From a virus (Duplodnaviria; Caudoviricetes), in IMG/VR virus record IMGVR_UViG_3300017785_008782, positions 1 through 30,068 of that record: a stretch of 30,068 nucleotides of DNA; one strand, 5' to 3'. The translations under genes were made by a program, and so were the position numbers. This document shows positions 16,419 to 24,731 of the stretch, piece by piece. The notes under the pieces were generated by a model. The model had not been told where the DNA came from. It did no database searches and worked only from the letters and a program-made list of their open reading frames with translations. Numbering within the stretch: position 1 is the first letter of the stretch; every line of letters starts with the position of its first letter.

Positions 16419-17518
16419 GGTCTTAACCACGCAAAATCAGGGTTAATTGAAAGAGGGGAATTCGATTGGTTGGTAACAGCTGCTTGCTGATACGCTTCGT
16501 CGCGTCTTTTTTCCAGTTGCATAACCTTATCTAATGAAACATTAAAGAAGGGTTTTTCACTCAATCTAAACACTACGTCAGCTACCAATGCATCTAAAAA
16601 TCTGCGCGGAACATCAAACTGCTCAAACAGATACACAACATCTTGAGGGTAGAAATACCCTGTATAAAGAAGAGCGGTGTATTGAATATTTGATTGAGAA
16701 CCAGGAACTGGCCACAACGTAATCGTTGGGTTAATTTGCTGATTAAAGAAATACGACGTAGAAACATAGTTAGCTATTTGTTTATTAGCAAGTTGCATCC
16801 ACTGAGTATAGGAAAGTGACCCTAAAGCTCGATCGCCTTGGCCCTGAGACTGAGGCTGAGAAAAGTATAACTGCTCAATTTCTAATGTGGCGCCTGATGT
16901 TTCTAGAATACGCCAATAACGCGCATTCAACGAATTTGTTAAAACAATCCATCCCACTTGATTTTGGTTGTAATTAATCAATTCAGGGGAATTAAGCGTA
17001 ATCCATTGTGTTCCATCAAAAGAATACTGAACCGCTATTTTATAGACAGAACTATTGTTTAAGGGCTGAATACCTACATAAGTAATTGAGTATTCATTTT
17101 CAGTGCCGTAGTCATAACCGATATACCCATTAGCATCCGCTAAAGTACATCCGCCTGTAACATTAGGATCAAAGACATTGGCTGCCGATCCACTAGCAAC
17201 TGTTGAAGAAATTGCACTACCGCCTGTGTTTAATCGTTGAGGTTGAATAGCGATAACATCAACAATGTTTGTTAAAGTAGCGGGCAATTGATAAGTGGCT
17301 TGACCATTATAAAGACTTACCATTTGTCGTTTGCGCATCCAGGGAGTGGGAATGTTTCCCATCCAGGCGCTTAAGGTAAGGTTTGAAGAAAAAATCGCTT
17401 CTTCTGCATAAGCTTGAGAGATTCTGTTTGCTTCTATGCCTATGCGAGCAAAGATTTCCCGAACAAATTTATCAATTTGAGTGGTGATACCAAAAGTGTT
17501 TGAATTGCTTGTTGCCAT
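16415..17518 (-). CDS. Head-tail adaptor-like protein with inserted discoidin (F5/8 type C)-like domain
   Basis: Adaptor-like ends (EIFARIG...SNLTLSAW; ITLWPVP; DVPRRFLDALVA) flank VQYSFDGTQW...NARYWRI. Confidence 0.65.
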   Translation of the reverse strand: MATSNSNTFGITTQIDKFVREIFARIGIEANRISQAYAEEAIFSSNLTLSAWMGNIPTPWMRKRQMVSLYNGQATYQLPATLTNIVDVIAIQPQRLNTGGSAISSTVASGSAANVFDPNVTGGCTLADANGYIGYDYGTENEYSITYVGIQPLNNSSVYKIAVQYSFDGTQWITLNSPELINYNQNQVGWIVLTNSLNARYWRILETSGATLEIEQLYFSQPQSQGQGDRALGSLSYTQWMQLANKQIANYVSTSYFFNQQINPTITLWPVPGSQSNIQYTALLYTGYFYPQDVVYLFEQFDVPRRFLDALVADVVFRLSEKPFFNVSLDKVMQLEKRRDEAYQQAAVTNQSNSPLSINPDFAWLRP

Positions 17519-17521
17519 TCA

Positions 17522-17725
17522 CTATCTAGACCTTCCTGAGCCTCGATGATGAAAACTCTTAAGAGTGGCCGCCAGATGTGCTTGACGTGCAATTTTAGGA
17601 TTGGAGCTATGTTCCGCTTTTTTAAGCATTTTTGGGGGAATTTTTTGCCCCTGTGGGACGCCTAATGCTTTATGAAGTGCTCCAGGATGTTTAATTGCAC
17701 CTTGAATCCATTTTTCTTTTGCCAT
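17522..17725 (-). CDS. Small basic phage protein (67 aa)
   Basis: KWIQGAIKHPGALHKALGVPQGQKIP; tightly coupled to its neighbours; K/H/R-rich. Confidence 0.7.
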   Translation of the reverse strand: MAKEKWIQGAIKHPGALHKALGVPQGQKIPPKMLKKAEHSSNPKIARQAHLAATLKSFHHRGSGRSR

Positions 17726-18498
17726 TACTTAATTCCCTGTTGCAAGAACGTGAAAATCAAAGAATTGGCAGTAAGAGGATCTGTTTCTTCAACAGAAAGC
17801 CATAAAGATGCAATGGGAAAGTTTAATTGAGTAATTTGACTGGTAGTAGCACCTGTCATACCAGCTACCACAGGAAATGCAGGAATTTCTCCTCCAATAA
17901 AGGGGGATAGATTTCCAGCATTAGCGCTTGGATAAGAAGGTTTATTTAAGCTTTGGTAAGCACTGTACTCAATACTAGAAGTGCCAAGAACCTGAACTGA
18001 ACAAGATGCATACCATGCACGACGGTCATAATCAGGAAAGACATATGTTGTTATTCCAGTAAAACCTAAACCAGCACTAACGTTTGTAACAGCACCATCG
18101 GTTGAAATGCTATCTACTCTTTTAAAAATAACAGTTGTTTCTACATTGTCATTGTTGGGTCCAGTAACCGTGTCTGAGATCGGTTGATTCAAAGAGCCAG
18201 TAGGATTTCCATCACCATCAACAGCAGAACCTAATCCAGTAACTGTAAAATTAACCCCTGATAAATCATCGGGGCTGGTGATAAGCAAAGTGCGCGCCAC
18301 ATTATTAGGATTAGCGCCACCCATATAATATGGGCCCTTAGGCATCGTTTGAGGTGCCACAGGATAGGCTAATGCATTTTGAGGTCCCACATTTGTCGTA
18401 ATAGTTAAATTACCGGCTCCCCCTAAATCTTGCAGGGGAGCGATAACATCATTATTTCCGACAGCGGGCTGCCATAAAATTATGGTTGCTAAACTCAT
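17725..18498 (-). CDS. Virion structural / decoration-like protein (257 aa)
   Basis: Beta-rich; RTLLITS...VNFTVTG...FKRVDSI segment resembles the N-terminal domain of the 637-aa gene. Confidence 0.6.
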   Translation of the reverse strand: MSLATIILWQPAVGNNDVIAPLQDLGGAGNLTITTNVGPQNALAYPVAPQTMPKGPYYMGGANPNNVARTLLITSPDDLSGVNFTVTGLGSAVDGDGNPTGSLNQPISDTVTGPNNDNVETTVIFKRVDSISTDGAVTNVSAGLGFTGITTYVFPDYDRRAWYASCSVQVLGTSSIEYSAYQSLNKPSYPSANAGNLSPFIGGEIPAFPVVAGMTGATTSQITQLNFPIASLWLSVEETDPLTANSLIFTFLQQGIK

Positions 18499-20411
18499 TA
18501 TGCAGGTGTCCCTGTATAATATTGTTTTATACCAACCTGATCATCAATCGTAATTGAGCTACGTGTTTGAAGATCTGTGCTTGAAGAACCGCCAGCTGGT
18601 AACTGAGCATCAGCTTGCTGATCAACAAAGGCATCAAACCCATCAACAAACGCACCAAAATGCAACTGTTTTAATCCATTAGCCGGTGTAGAGGGCTCAT
18701 AAGTACCTCGAACATCACCTGTATAAGCGGTAGCTGTTCTTTCATCTGCTGGAGTAAATACACCTAATGGCGTAGCAAAATCAGCTTTTGCCATATTGTT
18801 AGGGAAGATAATCCAGTTAAATGTAGAAGTATCTAAGTTAGCTAAAACGTTTGCGTTAGTTTTTGATTGAACAGTAAAGCTTGTACCTGCCACAATCGCT
18901 GTGACATCTAGCCAAGTTCCTTGAGTACCGTCTGGTGTATTGTAGCACATCAAAATAACACTATTTGCTGCAACACCCGCAGTTGTGATGGTTGCGGTTC
19001 CAGCAGCAAGCGTACCTGTTCCTTGAGTCAGGCCTTGAACATTTGAAAGAATTGTCCAATTAACGGTAGACGTGTCTAGTGCACTTGATGAATTAATAAC
19101 AAAACCAACAGGACCCAAATCAGGATCTGCATTAATGGTTGTAGTCGGAACTGAAAGAACACCTGGGGTTCCAGCAATTGTTGCATAGCTTACCAATATT
19201 ACACTTGTAGCTGTAATATCTTTTGTGCTTACAAATACTGATCCAGCTGTCATGTTAGCACTTGTACCGCTTACCCAATCTTGAGGCATCGCAGCCCATG
19301 CAACTGTAGATGTTTCAGTCGCTTCTTGTGAATCTACGGTAAAGCTAATCTGAGGATTAATTCTGCTAATAGACCATGGTCCATGAGCCGTACCAAAAGT
19401 ACTTACATTAGTGTGAATAATGCTATTAGCGCTCACATTAGTAGATGCAACAGTTAAAACACCACCAATCATTGTTCTTACGCCAGCAATTCCACCCTTA
19501 TTGGTAGTGTCACCAGAAACATAAGGAGGGTTAATAATTACCCAATTTACATATGAATCATCAGCTGCTTCAGAAGAGGTAATTATAAAAAAAGTATTGT
19601 CAGTAATGTTTCCTGTACCGGTCGATAAAATACCCTGAGTTCCCACTACATTTGTGCAAGAAACTTGAATATTGCTTCCTTTAGTAACCGCTTCCGTGTT
19701 AACTGTTACCGTACCGTTATTTAATAGGGCAAAGCCTCCATAAGGAGCGGAGGTTGGATCTTCTTCAGAAGTAGACATATCAGATGCATCACCCCAATTG
19801 ATGAAAGAGATATCACCAACGGAATTTAGTTTGTAGGGCAATCCAAATGTATCCGTTGTTTGCAGCTGAATAGTAGCAGCACCGCTTGCTCCATTAGAAT
19901 AAACGCCAGTGATCGTATAAAAAGCTTTTAAGAAGCTGTAATCACCTTGAGCGTTAGCTACAATAGATGCTTGCAATGGAACACCATAGTAATCCGTTCC
20001 AAATACTGTAAACGTAACGTTGGCACCAATGTTGTTTGTCAAAACAGACAACTGAGGAACACGTGGCCAATCGCACTGAACAATAACGTTTCCGTTACCG
20101 CCAATTGCAGAAGATGTCACATATCCATCAGCTGATAGAGTCAAATACCCTGCTCCTGTAACTGTAACAGGCGCGCTATAGCCGACAATGTTTCCAGCAC
20201 CACTTGGTCCTCTAGGGATAATGTTATATGTCCCTATTGATGATAAAAGAAGTCCTTGTCCCCACTGTTGATAAGAATAGGGAGTAAGACGAGAGTTTGG
20301 ACCTGTTCCAGATACAATGGTACGTGTAAGCACAGGGCCTACACGTACACCATCATCAAATTCCGTGCCCAAAGGAAAATTTGAATTTGTTAAATATGCA
20401 TTAAATGCCAT
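18498..20411 (-). CDS. Capsid decoration / head fibre-like protein with four internal repeats (637 aa)
   Basis: Immediately follows the capsid gene with AGGAG; four ~70-aa units ending DDSYVNW, ETSTVAW, DTSTVNW, DTSTFNW. Confidence 0.65.
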   Translation of the reverse strand: MAFNAYLTNSNFPLGTEFDDGVRVGPVLTRTIVSGTGPNSRLTPYSYQQWGQGLLLSSIGTYNIIPRGPSGAGNIVGYSAPVTVTGAGYLTLSADGYVTSSAIGGNGNVIVQCDWPRVPQLSVLTNNIGANVTFTVFGTDYYGVPLQASIVANAQGDYSFLKAFYTITGVYSNGASGAATIQLQTTDTFGLPYKLNSVGDISFINWGDASDMSTSEEDPTSAPYGGFALLNNGTVTVNTEAVTKGSNIQVSCTNVVGTQGILSTGTGNITDNTFFIITSSEAADDSYVNWVIINPPYVSGDTTNKGGIAGVRTMIGGVLTVASTNVSANSIIHTNVSTFGTAHGPWSISRINPQISFTVDSQEATETSTVAWAAMPQDWVSGTSANMTAGSVFVSTKDITATSVILVSYATIAGTPGVLSVPTTTINADPDLGPVGFVINSSSALDTSTVNWTILSNVQGLTQGTGTLAAGTATITTAGVAANSVILMCYNTPDGTQGTWLDVTAIVAGTSFTVQSKTNANVLANLDTSTFNWIIFPNNMAKADFATPLGVFTPADERTATAYTGDVRGTYEPSTPANGLKQLHFGAFVDGFDAFVDQQADAQLPAGGSSSTDLQTRSSITIDDQVGIKQYYTGTPA

Positions 20412-20423
20412 TTTAATTTCTCC

Positions 20424-21338
20424 TTATTGAGCAGATGAACCTTGAACACCAAACACAGCGCGCCAGTTAGAACATCCAAAACTGTAACGTTCAACCGCCC
20501 GGATTGTGGTGTTGTCCGTTAAGGGGTCCATAATAAAGTCTATATCCAGGTTACTTCTTTGATACATTTTAAACCCTTGAGTTTCTGATGTAGTGATAAA
20601 CCAGTTATAGGGATTGGTCAGGAATGGGTTGACAATCATGCCACCTGGTAAATACTTACCATGAGAAATCGCATTGATGTCGTTGTTACCAGTTCCTGTT
20701 CTAAACGCAGAATTTAAAATGCGACTTGCTTGGAATTGCAAACGAGAAGGCACTAATAATGACTGCGGGTCCAGGTTGATGTTCAAACCAGCTTGGTTTA
20801 ACCACTGTTTAATAATGGTAATCGCTTCTTCAATTGCTGATTCTGTTAAGCCAACCTGGTTATCAAATGTGTTAGCCAATGTACCTGTAGCAATAGGCTG
20901 CTCTGTAGAACACAAAGGTTGTCCATTTGAAACTTGAGATTGTTGATTGAATGCATTGTTAAATTGATACATTGCATTTATATTGCGCAAAGTCGATAAA
21001 GAGTTGCGTAATTGAAGGGCAATCTGTGGGAATTCGGACTCATAAAGGTTATCTTCTATCATCCCTCTTGACAATTGTACCCCTATGCCGTAAAATTGAT
21101 GAAAATAACTAGTTGTGTATGCTTGTTGAACATTTCCCATCGCCACAGAAGCACCGTCCTGCTTTAATTTTCCAAGTCCCAAGCCTTCCATTTCGACTTC
21201 ATACTCAACCGCTTTATCGGATTTAAGTATTTTGTAAACAGATTTAAAAAGTTCCGGATATGTATTCCAGTCTCCAAAAACTGCTGCTAATCCGGGCCTC
21301 AGCTCGGAAGGTATATTACTGCGAGTAACTAATGCCAT
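20424..21338 (-). CDS. Major capsid protein (HK97-fold, 304 aa)
   Basis: N-terminal TRSNIPSELRPGLAAVFG, IEDNLY, PQSLLVP, VNPFLT..WFI, ERYSFGCSNWRAVFG: pattern I recognise from podoviral capsid proteins; strong AGGAG; gene order agrees. Confidence 0.85.
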   Translation of the reverse strand: MALVTRSNIPSELRPGLAAVFGDWNTYPELFKSVYKILKSDKAVEYEVEMEGLGLGKLKQDGASVAMGNVQQAYTTSYFHQFYGIGVQLSRGMIEDNLYESEFPQIALQLRNSLSTLRNINAMYQFNNAFNQQSQVSNGQPLCSTEQPIATGTLANTFDNQVGLTESAIEEAITIIKQWLNQAGLNINLDPQSLLVPSRLQFQASRILNSAFRTGTGNNDINAISHGKYLPGGMIVNPFLTNPYNWFITTSETQGFKMYQRSNLDIDFIMDPLTDNTTIRAVERYSFGCSNWRAVFGVQGSSAQ

Positions 21339-21351
21339 TTATATATCTCCT

Positions 21352-22083
21352 CTATACTAGAGTTCTCATTACTCGGAAGTAATGGTTGTTAATTAATACT
21401 TGAACGTTGTTATATAGTTGGCCCGAAACGTTTCTCGAATCAGTGCTCAAAGAGTCGATATAACAATTAAACAAAAATGCGTATGTAGAAGGTGTGTTCG
21501 CCACAATTGCTGGGACTGCATCAACAACACCGGTTGTGCGCGTTGCACTATCAATGTTAATGCTGACGTAAGACTGACCAGTGTTTGTGTTTCCAGCTAC
21601 AATGCCGCTACCTGGAGATGTTTCTTGGTACGTTACATAAGCGTATTTTCCACAAGAATCCTGTGTAGCTCCCACATTTCCAGTTACCTGGGCGTTATAA
21701 AGAACAGTTGGATCAATAATGACATCAGCAACAGCTGGTGCATCTCCGAGTGTTAATGTATTAGCTGGCCAAAATGGACGACCAGGACTTGCTGGATCCA
21801 CCGGACTTACAGCCGTTGGCACTATATATTGACATCCGTTAAAAATTCCAATTGCTGGTGAATCTGCATAATTTGCAATTGTTTGAGCTGTGATAGGCGC
21901 AGTTGCTATATCAAAAAGATTTCTAAGATATCCATTTGCATCTATGTAGACGAGATCGCCTTTAAAAATGTTTTGACCGTATCCAGACTCAATTAAGTAA
22001 GTAGCCATTTGGCCATTCCATGAGGAATTGCTCTGCGTTTCAATCGCCTGTAATCCCCACGGTTTATTTTGCCCATAAGACAT
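21352..22083 (-). CDS. Head-associated protein (cement/minor capsid candidate, 243 aa)
   Basis: PWGL...YLIESGYGQNIFKGDLV...GIFNGCQY...VIIDP...GNTNTGQS...VLINNH; directly precedes the capsid gene. Confidence 0.65.
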   Translation of the reverse strand: MSYGQNKPWGLQAIETQSNSSWNGQMATYLIESGYGQNIFKGDLVYIDANGYLRNLFDIATAPITAQTIANYADSPAIGIFNGCQYIVPTAVSPVDPASPGRPFWPANTLTLGDAPAVADVIIDPTVLYNAQVTGNVGATQDSCGKYAYVTYQETSPGSGIVAGNTNTGQSYVSINIDSATRTTGVVDAVPAIVANTPSTYAFLFNCYIDSLSTDSRNVSGQLYNNVQVLINNHYFRVMRTLV

Positions 22084-22283
22084 AATAATTCCCTCAAAAA
22101 ATAATAAGTTAAGTTGTGTGTTTTCAAGGATTGAACGCCAGGATGGCGCTGCAGCTTACATACCTTTTTGTAAGCTGGAGGACATATAAAAAAAGATACA
22201 AGGCTAATGCCAGGATATTTAAATACTAATGTCCATAATATTTAAATATTTAGTCAACAGACCACAAATATTACTTAACTAAT

Positions 22284-22313
22284 ATTATAAGTATACTTAT
22301 TTTTACTTGTCAA
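22284..22313 (-). promoter_or_regulatory. Consensus sigma70 promoter for the capsid operon with overlapping palindrome
   Basis: Minus strand TTGACA (22313-22308), 18-bp spacer, TATAAT (22289-22284); palindrome TAAGTATACTTA at 22288-22299. Confidence 0.8.
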
Positions 22314-22315
22314 CA

Positions 22316-22846
22316 TTAATTACGTCCATGTCGCCAAAATTGTCCTAATGGTCCTCGGTAAGATTTATCTTCCAAGATCATGTGCTTAGACATTTCTTCA
22401 TGGCGTCTGTTATTTTTTAAGAATTCTTCGTTTTCTGCATCATCTAGATATTTCGGGCGTTTCATGAGGATTTGTCCGCCTTTGCGAACATAGTCATTGT
22501 TAAAATCTTCACGCTTTCCAAAAAGATCTGTGACATAACGCTGCGATAATTCTGGGTGTTCGCTTTTTTTAACCGGTTCATATCCACGCTCACATGCATT
22601 ATCTACAGACTCTTGCCAAGGCATATTGGCGGTCATATAAGGCACAAAAGCATATACATGATCAGGATCGCTCTCACGTACAGATTTAGGCACATTAAAT
22701 CGACTGCCTTGAAAAAAACTAATAGATTGACGTTTTTCTGCGTCTCTTTCGCTTCCTTTTTTAGGAAGAGGCCTAGTTGGACGCTTAAAAGTTATAGATT
22801 CAAAGGCAGCTTGATCATTAGCAGCTGTATTGGTGTTTTCACTCAT
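22316..22846 (-). CDS. Conserved head-module protein of unknown function (176 aa)
   Basis: GYEPVKKSEHPEL...VRKGGQILMKRP; lies between the scaffold and capsid genes. Confidence 0.65.
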   Translation of the reverse strand: MSENTNTAANDQAAFESITFKRPTRPLPKKGSERDAEKRQSISFFQGSRFNVPKSVRESDPDHVYAFVPYMTANMPWQESVDNACERGYEPVKKSEHPELSQRYVTDLFGKREDFNNDYVRKGGQILMKRPKYLDDAENEEFLKNNRRHEEMSKHMILEDKSYRGPLGQFWRHGRN

Positions 22847-22860
22847 TTTTTTATCCCTTC

Positions 22861-24000
22861 CTACATTCTCACACTAAATCTTGGGTCGTGACCTTGACGG
22901 CTATAAAACGCTTTTTTCTCCGCATATTTCTTAATTGCTTCTTCGCTTGATAAAAAGCTGCCGTTACCACTTGGGTGAGGAATTTGCAGATTGCGCGCAA
23001 TCCTGTATTCCGCAGGAGTCAATGTCATGACAGGTTTAGAATTTGATGATTTAACAGCGTACTGGTCGGCCATTGATGCCCCAGCTCTATTAACGCCGCC
23101 TACTTTAGACGCAGGACGTGATTGTTGTTGCATAGCAGGTTCCTCTGTATCTTGGGGGGATGTTTGGTTTAAGCCATATTGAGCGTTCATGTATTTTTCT
23201 AAGGATTCATAATAAGCATCGGTTCCAATCAAATCGGATTGGTTGTTAAACTTAAGACGCTTATTAAGATCACGAGCCGCTTCATTTATTTCAGTCCACA
23301 ACTCTTGATCAAATGAAGAAGAATTCTGATCAGCCCAAGGATTTCTTTCTAAGAAATTAAGGGTTGCCTCTGGAATATCTTCAACTTGAGTAGAATGTGG
23401 TTGAGCATAAGGAGATTGTTGATACTCTTGATCTTCAAAATCTGTATCTACAGATTCCGTGTAAGCAGGAGCAGCTTGTTGCTGTTGATATTGATTTTTG
23501 TATAAACCAAACGTTGCCTGTTCGCTCTTTACGCGCGCTAATTCTTGTTGAAGGTGAATTTCTTTATCAATGTCACCATCTTCTTTAGCAGCCCTTAATT
23601 GATGAACAATTCCCTGTTCTTGAGCGCTAAGACTAGAATTATACAGTTTTTCATTAATTGAATTTTTTGACTGTAATTCTTTTTCACGTAACGCTAAGAT
23701 TCTTTCTTTTTCAGCCAACTGAGCTTGAAGCGCTTTATTAGAGTTTGTCAGGTTACTAATACGTTCTTTAAAAGGATTCTTGTTCTTTTGACGCTGTTTA
23801 TCAAGATTCTGTTTATAGGTTAACCCTTCTTCTGTTTTATTGCTTAAAGCAGCAACTTTTGCGTTTTCAGGGTCATTGCGAGGATCATTTTCAGGAGTGG
23901 CTGCTTGTGCACTTCCATCGTCATCGATTTCTACAGAAACGTTTTCACCAGACTCTACAGCGGGTTCGTTAAAACTTAAGAGGTTTTCTGACTCATTCAT
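22861..24000 (-). CDS. Capsid scaffolding protein (379 aa)
   Basis: Acidic N-terminus, long coiled coil, FLERNPW, C-terminal LTPAEYRIARNL...KKYAEKK helix-turn-helix-like end; lies between portal and capsid. Confidence 0.7.
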   Translation of the reverse strand: MNESENLLSFNEPAVESGENVSVEIDDDGSAQAATPENDPRNDPENAKVAALSNKTEEGLTYKQNLDKQRQKNKNPFKERISNLTNSNKALQAQLAEKERILALREKELQSKNSINEKLYNSSLSAQEQGIVHQLRAAKEDGDIDKEIHLQQELARVKSEQATFGLYKNQYQQQQAAPAYTESVDTDFEDQEYQQSPYAQPHSTQVEDIPEATLNFLERNPWADQNSSSFDQELWTEINEAARDLNKRLKFNNQSDLIGTDAYYESLEKYMNAQYGLNQTSPQDTEEPAMQQQSRPASKVGGVNRAGASMADQYAVKSSNSKPVMTLTPAEYRIARNLQIPHPSGNGSFLSSEEAIKKYAEKKAFYSRQGHDPRFSVRM

Positions 24001-24373
24001 ATTTGCCAGCCTTTCCTTGAGTTAATAAATAGTTCAAATCGTCAGGATTAACGGCGGCCAATATGCGATCGTCGTTAATGATGTAACAGTTAAGATTTGG
24101 GATATAGCAGTCTTCGCGTTCGTATTTGGAATACCAAACCCATGTTCCTACAGGCACCTGATACGCTTCACCAATCTGAGTAAATGCTAAAGGCCCATGC
24201 TTTAAGACAAGACCTATGTTAAAAGCCGCCATTTCGCGTTCTAACACTGAATCTGGAATGGTTAAGCCACCCGGATTTACAATGCGCTTTGGGCTTCTGA
24301 TTAAAACACGAAATGCTTTGATTTCTGGATCTACGCCAATTTGTTCTCGACAAAAACTTTTTTCTTTATCCAT
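23993..24373 (-). CDS. groES: GroES/Cpn10-like co-chaperonin (126 aa from ATG 24373)
   Basis: FRVLIR...PGGLTIPDS (mobile loop)...GLVLKHGP...VGTWVWYSKY...IINDDRILAAV matches the Cpn10 pattern; start overlaps the upstream stop. Confidence 0.8.
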   Translation of the reverse strand: MDKEKSFCREQIGVDPEIKAFRVLIRSPKRIVNPGGLTIPDSVLEREMAAFNIGLVLKHGPLAFTQIGEAYQVPVGTWVWYSKYEREDCYIPNLNCYIINDDRILAAVNPDDLNYLLTQGKAGKYE

Positions 24374-24587
24374 GAACAGAATCTCCATCCGCAGATACGC
24401 CCTTTTTAAAGTTTGCGTAAATTGCATCAAGCTTTGAAACTACTTCGCGAAACGCTGTGATAATTCCAACCGCTCGTTCGTAAGGAATGTCTTTAGATAA
24501 AGTTCCCGTAAGAATTGTGTTTTCCCACAGTTTAAGAGAGCTCGATAAAGTATTTTTTAAGTATTCGGAAAAGTCTTTTGAATCCAT
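24366..24587 (-). CDS. Small helical hypothetical protein (73 aa)
   Basis: ATG start, overlaps the groES-like gene; ILTGT...YERAVGIITAF. Confidence 0.65.
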   Translation of the reverse strand: MDSKDFSEYLKNTLSSSLKLWENTILTGTLSKDIPYERAVGIITAFREVVSKLDAIYANFKKGVSADGDSVHG

Positions 24588-24620
24588 GTTCCACCATATG
24601 AATTGTTGTATTATTCATAA

Positions 24621-24648
24621 AGTATAACTTAATTAATTGCTTTGTCTA
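24621..24648 (-). promoter_or_regulatory. Possible sigma70 promoter
   Basis: Minus strand TAGACA (24648-24643), 16-bp spacer, TATACT (24626-24621); two ATACTTAA boxes just upstream (24658, 24668). Confidence 0.45.
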
Positions 24649-24700
24649 TATTTGTGAATACTTAACTATACTTAATTAGTTTTATTTGAGATAATGAATA

Positions 24701-24726
24701 TGTCCAATGCCCCACCGCATTGGACA
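24701..24726 (-). terminator. Hairpin just after the 340-aa gene
   Basis: TGTCCAATGC-cccacc-GCATTGGACA, a perfect 10-bp stem 5 nt after the stop; only a weak U-tract. Confidence 0.55.
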
Positions 24727-24731
24727 ATTAC

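Noticed and set aside
22470-22495. VRKGGQI in the 176-aa protein as another xxGG site
   Set aside because: The first residue does not fit the pattern and it lies in what looks like a folded core (GGQILMKRP); not counted.
24374-24430. 19-aa N-terminal extension of the GroES-like ORF
   Set aside because: It overlaps the 73-aa gene; ATG 24373 gives a Cpn10-sized protein with typical short overlap.
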